Shown here piece by piece: positions 57,801 to 64,000 of a stretch of DNA of 64,000 nucleotides. A program made the translations under genes and the position numbers. The DNA comes from a virus. The stretch covers positions 1 to 64,000 of the IMG/VR virus record IMGVR_UViG_3300035703_000038. One strand, 5' to 3'. The notes beneath the pieces are model-generated. The model saw only the letters and a program-made list of their open reading frames with translations. It was not told the DNA's origin and ran no database searches. Positions within the stretch are counted from its first letter, which is position 1, and each line of letters opens with the position of its first letter.

Positions 57801-60184
57801 TGTATATTAGCGGATCTAACTTTGCTGCAAACTGTGTTGTGTATATTAATGGATCAGCTGCACCATCAATTTCTTTCATTAGTTCGAGCAATGTTGGCTT
57901 TACTACTCCGGCACTATCAGCTAACATATATCCAGTATATGTAATTAATCCAGGCGATGGTGCAACTGCAATCCACATTCCTGGGTTGAATGTATCTGGT
58001 GTACCTAACTGGTCAACTGCAGCTGGCAGCCTTGGAGACGTGGATGCAGCCAGCTCCTGGAGCTTCAGCGTATCTGCTACAAGTGACTCAAATGTTACAT
58101 ATACATTAGCTGGTGGCAGTTCGTTGCCAACTGGTATTACTCTAGCATCTAATGGTCTAATTAGTGGTACAATGTCATCGCCACCTGGATCTGAAACAAC
58201 GTACAATTTCAGTGTTGTTGCTACGGACGGTGAAAACCAGGATGCTTCAAGATCATTTAGTGTGACTGTATCATTATTAGATCCATATTTTTACTTAACC
58301 ACTTTGCTTGTCCACGCAGATGGTACCAATAATCAAAACAACCATGCCTTTGTAGAGTCCACAGCTAATAATTTAACCATTACACGAACAGGCACTCCAA
58401 CACAGGGAAGCTTTAGTCCATTTAGTCAGACTGGATGGGGTGCATATTTTGATGGAACTGGTGACTATATTAGAAAATCAGGTAGTGGTGTTTTGACAGA
58501 TTCTGGTAATGTTACAATTGAATGCTGGGCCTGGCCATTAACTTCGTCTGTTATAGGATTGTTTGATGGTGGACCTGGTCAAGCAACCATCTTAAGAAAT
58601 TATCCTGCAAACAATATTGGAAAGCAGGGTGGCAATACCATCAGTTTTACAATGACGCAAAACGCTTGGAATCATTTAGCTTTGACTGTTACTAGTGGTG
58701 GCACTGCAACACTGTATATTAATGGAGCAAGCGTAGGGACATCATCGTTTGGGTCTTATAGTGGTGGTAGTAATTTTGATATAGGAACTATTAATGGTGG
58801 TGGCGATGGCGCCTTCAATGGGTTTATTTCAAACTTTAGAGTAACTAAATCCATCGTTTACAGTGGAAACTTCACACCCTCGACCACTCCTCTAACTGCA
58901 ATCTCTAACACATCACTATTAACCTGCCAGTCTAATAGAGTTATCGATAACTCTACAAACACATACGCGTTAGCTCGTAATGGTGATACTAAGATAATTC
59001 CATTCTCACCATTTGCTCCATCGGCTGCATACACTGGAGCAGGTATTGGTGGCTCCGTCTATATTCCTGCAGGTACAAATGGATTAACTGTAGCAAGCGT
59101 TCCAACAATTGGATCAGGAAACTTTACTGTTGAGGGTTGGTTCTGGCCAACTAATGATACTGTTCGTTCAGAATTTGACTCTGCATGGTGTACAAATGCT
59201 GGCAACTTCAATGGTACAGACTCAATGCAAGGAGCTGTGAGAAGTAACCATGTAATTTTCAGATCCAATGGCACATCCGATATAACAGCTTCTGTGTCAA
59301 TAGCAAATCAATGGAGTCACATTGCATGGGTCAGAAATGGCACAACAGTAACCATATATGTAAATGGTACATCAGTGGTATCTGGAACATACAGCAATTC
59401 GTTGGCTGGAGGAAATCTTTTCATTAGCCGTCCTGACTCAAATCAATTCAGGTTTAATGGTTGGATTTCCGGATTCAGAATTTTAGCTGGAACTGCACTA
59501 TATACTGGAAACTTCACGCCACCAACTTCTCCACCAACAACAATTGCTAATACTATTGCATTACTCAACTTCACCAACGCAGGCATCTTTGATCAAACAG
59601 CGAAGAACGTTCTTGAAACAGTTGGCGATGCAAAAGTCAGTACAGCACAGTACAAGTATGGTACTGCATCGATGTATTTTGATGGGACTGGTGATTATTT
59701 AAAAATTCCAAATACACCAGCATTTAACCTTTCTGCTGGAGATTGGACAATTGAGTGCTGGATAAATTTATCTGCCCTCACCGCAGAAGCGCGTATATGG
59801 TCACTTGGAACATATGGATCAAATCCTGAAGTTGCTTTGCTTATCGGTGGTGGTGGTGCTGGTGGAAGTTCGAACGATCTTCAATTTAATTACCTTGGAA
59901 ACTCAACCTTAATAACTGCATCTAGTGTTAATTCTACAGGCGTATGGATGCACGTTGCTGTTGTCAGATATTCAGGAACTACAACACTGTATGTAAACGG
60001 AGTTTCTAAAGGAACAACTGCAACAAACCCCTGGACTTCTTCATCGACGAGTTTTTGGATTGGCGGTTGGTCACAAAACAATAACCAAATGACTGGATAC
60101 ATTGACGATCTTCGCATCACCAAAGGTTATGCTCGCTATACATCTAACTTTACACCACCAACATCAGCATTCAAGAATAGGTAA
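54863..60184 (+). CDS. long tail fibre / receptor-binding protein with IPT-Ig and three LamG (concanavalin-like) domains
   Basis: IKR...GELA N-terminus; five F.GNGSNT.F.L...V..NG..Q..DY...G..LTF repeats; YFDGTGDY, TIECW, W.H.A.VR and GYIDDLRITKG.ARY LamG motifs. Confidence 0.85.
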   Translation: MATKFQIKRTSVSGRTPNTTNSANSSYIAAGELALNLTDKKMYSSNGTNYFEIGAFKVELINSTSNVSTFTEISTLQFDEDSGFDVTSPSAGVAKVAMNSTFKYWQVDGTTELTATGLDTVNFISGDNITITANGANTPQSIAFSTSLTPTFTSLTVGNSTVNTVVNSTAIAVSKIFANGGVGSSGQVLTSNGTGIYWEDSTGAAFSVSSETFNANGSNTQFTLAQTTTSLETFVFLNGVAQIPTTDYSISGTTLTFVVAPSNGDVIEVRTINIPTVSGITFTLDSFTGNGSNTNYTLSTALSSNTTTFVYLNGVAQVPTTDYGVSGSTLTFLSAPPNLEQIRALTINPTGDYASDSFTANSTVNNNFTLSIPTTTFRTLVFINGVAQAPSIDYIVSGLTLSLTNNAAANDVVQVRSFYEEPSASGANTTIQYNASSRLKGSLGFTFNETTNNVTIGNTLTVPNLRINASNPPANSTSTGSTGTVAWDSDYLYVAVGTNTWKKTPITTDGAGGGGGSANTAGANTEIQFNDSGVLGANNKFTFNKDTSTLAVGSNVTVNTSTIFIGNSSVNTTITAGNVHLQGTQLTVGNVVLTGEQITIGNSTVNTVFTANSFGLGMARQSFAGNGSNTQFTLSAEPTNESHTLVFVDRVIQRDSDYNIAGAVLTFTSAPDNGSDIDVYVARAGVSAGPSVGYSVTRNEFTGNGSNTNFSLSAAPQSESHVLVFVDGMIQRDSDFTISGSTLIFVAAPDNGSEIQTFVYQSAVALAGGSNTNIVFNDSTAANGSAGFTFNKTTNNVTISNTLSVGNSTVNTTIRPNGATFSGDLMPSANVTYDIGNSSMRWKDLWLSGSTINLGGASIKTDTDTGAIALIPKPTVANPDPVAMVVSPTGGITSVPTTGGVPAANAVAEAAESNTASPVPIDITSTAPANGQALIWSSSANTFVPGNVAAGGASSDIPKITGLVYPSDDTAANTSGGQTVYISGSNFAANCVVYINGSAAPSISFISSSNVGFTTPALSANIYPVYVINPGDGATAIHIPGLNVSGVPNWSTAAGSLGDVDAASSWSFSVSATSDSNVTYTLAGGSSLPTGITLASNGLISGTMSSPPGSETTYNFSVVATDGENQDASRSFSVTVSLLDPYFYLTTLLVHADGTNNQNNHAFVESTANNLTITRTGTPTQGSFSPFSQTGWGAYFDGTGDYIRKSGSGVLTDSGNVTIECWAWPLTSSVIGLFDGGPGQATILRNYPANNIGKQGGNTISFTMTQNAWNHLALTVTSGGTATLYINGASVGTSSFGSYSGGSNFDIGTINGGGDGAFNGFISNFRVTKSIVYSGNFTPSTTPLTAISNTSLLTCQSNRVIDNSTNTYALARNGDTKIIPFSPFAPSAAYTGAGIGGSVYIPAGTNGLTVASVPTIGSGNFTVEGWFWPTNDTVRSEFDSAWCTNAGNFNGTDSMQGAVRSNHVIFRSNGTSDITASVSIANQWSHIAWVRNGTTVTIYVNGTSVVSGTYSNSLAGGNLFISRPDSNQFRFNGWISGFRILAGTALYTGNFTPPTSPPTTIANTIALLNFTNAGIFDQTAKNVLETVGDAKVSTAQYKYGTASMYFDGTGDYLKIPNTPAFNLSAGDWTIECWINLSALTAEARIWSLGTYGSNPEVALLIGGGGAGGSSNDLQFNYLGNSTLITASSVNSTGVWMHVAVVRYSGTTTLYVNGVSKGTTATNPWTSSSTSFWIGGWSQNNNQMTGYIDDLRITKGYARYTSNFTPPTSAFKNR

Positions 60185-61095
60185 CTGAAATATGGCTCGT
60201 AAGTTTCCAGGTAGAGCATTTGATCCTAACTCATCAATAACAGTCACATCGATTGTAGTTGGTGGCGCTTCGATCCAAACAGATAGTAACACTGGTGCTA
60301 TTGCTCTAATACCTAAGCCAACAGATTCCAACCCCAATCCAGTTGCAGCAGTCGTCGCTCCAACCGGTGGTATCACTACCGTTAACACAACAGCAGGTGT
60401 TGCTGCCACAAATGCTATTGGTGCTGCGGCAGCTGCCAATACAGCATCTCCAGTTGCTATTGATATAGCAACATCTGCTCCTGCAAATGGTCAAGCTTTA
60501 GTCTGGAATGCATCTGCTAGTAAGTTTGTTCCCGGCAACGTTGCAAGTGGTGGATCTGATATACCAAAGATTACTGGTCTTGTATATCCAGACGATGATA
60601 CTGCAGCTAACACCTCAGGTGGCCAAACAATTTACATAACGGGCAATAACTTTGTAAGTAATTGCAAAGTTTACATTAATAATACACTAGCACCATCCAT
60701 AACATTTGTCGGCTCTAGCAATGTTGGATTTACAACACCTGCCTTATCTGTTAACACATATCCATTGTATCTTGTAAATCCAGATGGTGGTACTGCAGTG
60801 TTTATTCCAGGCTTGGATGTGTCGTCTTTACCTACATGGGTAACAAGCTCAGAACTTACTAGTTTTGGTGCCTCTGCTACAATTACCCGTACACTTGAGG
60901 CAACTAGTGATTCAACGGTTACATATTCACTAGCTGGTGGCAGCAGCTTACCGTCTGGTTTAACATTAGCATCTAATGGTGTATTGAGTGGAACATTAAC
61001 ATCCCCGCCGGCGTCTGCGACAACATATAATTTTAGTGTTGTGGCAACAGATGAAGAGATGCAAACAGCTACAAGAGCATTTAGTATTACAGCAA
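57425..61095 (+). repeat. diverged ~0.85-kb direct duplication (~57425-58270 vs ~60261-61095)
   Basis: GGASI.TD..TGAIALIPKPT...SDIPKITGLVYP.DDTAANTSGGQT...ATSDS.VTY.LAGGSSLP occurs in both genes; shared DNA includes ccaaagattactggtcttgtatatcc. Confidence 0.85.
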
Positions 61096-61949
61096 CAGTT
61101 TATGACTTTGCAATTAGTCCTTCCGTTGGAGGTGTCTCTAACTGGACATTCGCAACAGACGGAAATCTAATATTGACTGACCCAGGTGAGTACACATTAA
61201 CATTTGCAGCAAGTGTCACAAAAAATGTTAAGATGTGGGGTGCCGGTGGTAAGGCAGGTAGTGGTGGTGTTGATGGTTGGGGTAACGGTGGTGCTGGTGG
61301 TGCCGCAACTGGTAACGTAAGTTTTGCTTCTGGTAGCAGCTATAAAATTAGAGTTCCTGCTGCTGGTGCAACAGGAAATGCTCCAGCATTAGCATATGGG
61401 GCTGGTAATGGTGGTGGTGGTAGTTATGGTTGTGGATCTGCTGGCTCGGGTGGTGGTTATGCAGGTATATTCCTATCAAGCGTCACACAGGGCAATGCAA
61501 TATTGATGGCTGGCGGTGGCGGTGGTGGCGCAAGTAGTAGAGGCGACTGTCGAGGCGGCCGTAGTGGTATGGCGGGTGGTGGTACTGCAGGACAGACAAA
61601 TCCCGATGGATACCATGGTACACCAGGAACTCAGTCAGCAGGTGGTTCGGCCGGTGGCGGTGGCACAGCCGGCTCAGCGCTACAAGGTGGCAATGGTGGC
61701 ACCGGTGGTGGCGGTGCTGGTGGTGGTTATTATGGTGGTGGCACAGGAACAAACGCCAGCAGCGATGGTGGCGGTGGTGGAGGCGGTGGATCCGGTTATT
61801 TCAACCCAAGCCTCGTCTCAAGTGCTACCCTATATACAGGGTCTGGCACTACTCCAGGAAACAATAGTGATGGTAATAGGGGTACTGCAGGTGCTTCTGG
61901 AGTAGGCGGTTCAACACCAACAAACGGTAAAGTGGTTATTACCGCGTAA
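60192..61949 (+). CDS. fibre/adhesin protein with IPT-Ig modules and C-terminal glycine-rich domain
   Basis: Shares a module with the upstream fibre; VKMWGAGG...GGGG...NGKVVI Gly-rich domain. Confidence 0.8.
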   Translation: MARKFPGRAFDPNSSITVTSIVVGGASIQTDSNTGAIALIPKPTDSNPNPVAAVVAPTGGITTVNTTAGVAATNAIGAAAAANTASPVAIDIATSAPANGQALVWNASASKFVPGNVASGGSDIPKITGLVYPDDDTAANTSGGQTIYITGNNFVSNCKVYINNTLAPSITFVGSSNVGFTTPALSVNTYPLYLVNPDGGTAVFIPGLDVSSLPTWVTSSELTSFGASATITRTLEATSDSTVTYSLAGGSSLPSGLTLASNGVLSGTLTSPPASATTYNFSVVATDEEMQTATRAFSITATVYDFAISPSVGGVSNWTFATDGNLILTDPGEYTLTFAASVTKNVKMWGAGGKAGSGGVDGWGNGGAGGAATGNVSFASGSSYKIRVPAAGATGNAPALAYGAGNGGGGSYGCGSAGSGGGYAGIFLSSVTQGNAILMAGGGGGGASSRGDCRGGRSGMAGGGTAGQTNPDGYHGTPGTQSAGGSAGGGGTAGSALQGGNGGTGGGGAGGGYYGGGTGTNASSDGGGGGGGGSGYFNPSLVSSATLYTGSGTTPGNNSDGNRGTAGASGVGGSTPTNGKVVITA

Positions 61950-61966
61950 TTTAAAAGGATTATCAA

Positions 61967-64000
61967 ATGGCAGGCAAATTACCAGGTAGAGCGTTAGATC
62001 CAACAACAACAATAACGATTAATAATATATCGTTTGGGGATAATGTTGCTGTTAATTCATCTGTCGTTGTCTTAGGCAACTCTACAGTTAATACTGTAGT
62101 TAACTCTACAGCAGTTGTCACACCATCAGTCAATGTTGGTTCTAATGTTTTTGTCAACACAAGTACTATACATCTTGGCAACTCTACAGTCAACACTGTC
62201 ATTCATACAACAGGCTTTACTGGTAATGGTGCTGGCTTACATAGTGTCAATGCTGCAGCACTAGAAGGGAACACCGTTGCCAATATTTTAACATCTGCCA
62301 ACACTGCTGCTAATACTTTGGCATCTGCTGCGTTCACTAATGCAGCCTCTAGAGCCGACTCAGCATATTCCAATGCAGCATCATATGCTGACACAAAGGC
62401 TGGTCAAGCATTTACTAATGCTGTATCCTATGCTGCATCCAACACATATGTCAATAATACATTCCTACCTCTTGCTGGTGGCACATTAACTGGCAATCTA
62501 ACTGTCAATGCAACGGCTAATATTGTTTCTAACTTATCAGCTAATAATGTTACATTTAGAGGTGATGTTCAGATTGATGGTAACTTAGTTGTATCTGGTA
62601 CAAGTGTTACATTGAATGCTGCTAGCTTAGCTATTGAAGATAATATGATCTATTTAAATAATGGATCTCAAGTTACCCACCCCGATCTTGGCTTCGCTGG
62701 TAACTATAATGACGGCAGCTACAAGCACGCTGGCTTCTTTAGAGATGCCACAGATGGCGTTTGGAAAGTATATGATGGATACACTCCAGAGCCAGATGCT
62801 TCTGCATATATTGATACAAGTAATGCCTCATTTAGAATTGCTGATTTTACTGCCAACGTTGTAACAGCGGCAAGTATTAATGTTGTAAGTGGAGCATTAA
62901 CAACTATTGCGGCAGGTAATACTACCATTACTGGTTTTGCTAATGTAATAGGCGTAAGTAACACAGATGGTTTGAGAGTAGTAAGAAATGCTGGCGTTAC
63001 GTCGCAGTATATAGAATTGAATACAAATGCTAGTGCAGCTTATGTTACCTTTAATTCTAGTGCTAGTAACCCTAAAGATGTTTATTATGATATACCACCA
63101 GCTAATAACACATCTGATATATTCCACATGTTTAGAGTTAGCGCTCTAGATAAACTTAAAGTCAATACTTCTGTTGTAACTGTAAATGCACAATTATCTG
63201 CTGGTAATACTACTATTACTGGTTTGGCTAATGTATCAGGCAATGTAACAGTATCAGGTTCATACCTGTTTGTAGGTCAAGATGTAAGATCTAATGGTCA
63301 AATTAGAGCTACTGGTTGGTATAACACACCATCATCCTCCAGAGATGGACCAGCCATCGAGATAGGTATATCAACCCACGGGTACATTCTATCATATGAT
63401 AGAGACACATCAGCGTATGGTAGAATGTATTTCAACGCCAACAGCTTTTATATACAAACCCAAGGTACACAAGATGGTACCTATATTGGCAATAGTGGTT
63501 CAACCCATGCCTACTTTGCATCCAACGGTAATGTGGGTATTGGTAATACAAGTCCAATTGATAGATTAGTAATTAGTGATACTAATACAATTATAGTTAG
63601 ACCTAATTTTGCTGGCACGACTGGAATTCCAGCTGGTGTACTGTTTGCTAGCAGAAATACCGCTAACTTAACATTTGCTGCTGACAGTTCCTCAGGGGCA
63701 GCTGGCCAAGGTATAAACATTTCTGCTTATGGTGGCAGCCAATGGTATCGTGGTCTAACATATAACAACAAATCTGGAACACCAGATCTCATATTACAAC
63801 AGGATGGTGGTAATGTTGGTATTGGTAACACAGCTCCTGCAGAGAAGTTAGTAGTAAATGGTCTGACCAGGTTAGGAGGTAATGTTGTTATAACATCCGC
63901 TGGCACACAATGTAAAATAGATTTTGGTAGCGCAACCCAAACACAATGGACTGATTTGATTCTTAAAACAGATACTGGAACAGGTGAAATTTTCCGTGGC
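61967..64000 (+). CDS. tail fibre protein (3'-truncated by the window end)
   Basis: AAGGA RBS; starts MAGKLPGRALDP; GNSTVN and GNVGIGNT.P repeats; frame appears open to the window end. Confidence 0.8.
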   Translation, partial: MAGKLPGRALDPTTTITINNISFGDNVAVNSSVVVLGNSTVNTVVNSTAVVTPSVNVGSNVFVNTSTIHLGNSTVNTVIHTTGFTGNGAGLHSVNAAALEGNTVANILTSANTAANTLASAAFTNAASRADSAYSNAASYADTKAGQAFTNAVSYAASNTYVNNTFLPLAGGTLTGNLTVNATANIVSNLSANNVTFRGDVQIDGNLVVSGTSVTLNAASLAIEDNMIYLNNGSQVTHPDLGFAGNYNDGSYKHAGFFRDATDGVWKVYDGYTPEPDASAYIDTSNASFRIADFTANVVTAASINVVSGALTTIAAGNTTITGFANVIGVSNTDGLRVVRNAGVTSQYIELNTNASAAYVTFNSSASNPKDVYYDIPPANNTSDIFHMFRVSALDKLKVNTSVVTVNAQLSAGNTTITGLANVSGNVTVSGSYLFVGQDVRSNGQIRATGWYNTPSSSRDGPAIEIGISTHGYILSYDRDTSAYGRMYFNANSFYIQTQGTQDGTYIGNSGSTHAYFASNGNVGIGNTSPIDRLVISDTNTIIVRPNFAGTTGIPAGVLFASRNTANLTFAADSSSGAAGQGINISAYGGSQWYRGLTYNNKSGTPDLILQQDGGNVGIGNTAPAEKLVVNGLTRLGGNVVITSAGTQCKIDFGSATQTQWTDLILKTDTGTGEIFRG

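Noticed and set aside
13711-63720. Numerous 60-190-aa antisense and alternative-frame ORFs in the ORF track
   Set aside because: They are shadows of long, codon-biased structural genes, with no RBS, promoter or recognisable motifs.
54863-64000. Diversity-generating retroelement or invertase-based tail-fibre switching
   Set aside because: No reverse transcriptase or recombinase gene is present in the window, and the duplicated module differs at all base types rather than only at adenines.

Overview
This window is a 64-kb segment of a large T4-like myovirus genome. The host is probably a proteobacterium, judged from sigma70-type promoters and IHF-consensus sites. Positions 1-13.5 kb hold many small early ORFs, a TylF/class-I methyltransferase pair, DNA ligase (gp30), a tRNA(CAU), a 2OG-Fe(II) oxygenase, a DenV-like glycosylase, gp59 and gp32. 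Positions 13.5-18.2 kb (minus strand) hold gp29-like, gp51, gp26, gp54-like, gp2 and gp4. Positions 18.2-64 kb hold baseplate genes (gp48, 53, 27-like, 5, PAAR, 25, 6, 7, 8) and a long array of virion and fibre proteins driven by TATAAATA late promoters. The standout feature is a 2275-aa Thr-rich protein between gp7 and gp8 whose amino-acid sequence is 'reverse-complementary' to itself. Residues ~61-528 and ~757-1225 mirror each other at one ungapped register (i+j=1286), with Thr facing Thr and Phe/Tyr facing Lys/Arg or an aliphatic residue, and they flank a glycine-rich adhesin-like head. A second ~145-residue stem and several short stem-loops follow. This suggests a ~150-nm single-chain beta-hairpin fibre whose topology is laid out like an RNA secondary structure. 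All product calls come from motif recognition and gene order, not from database searches.
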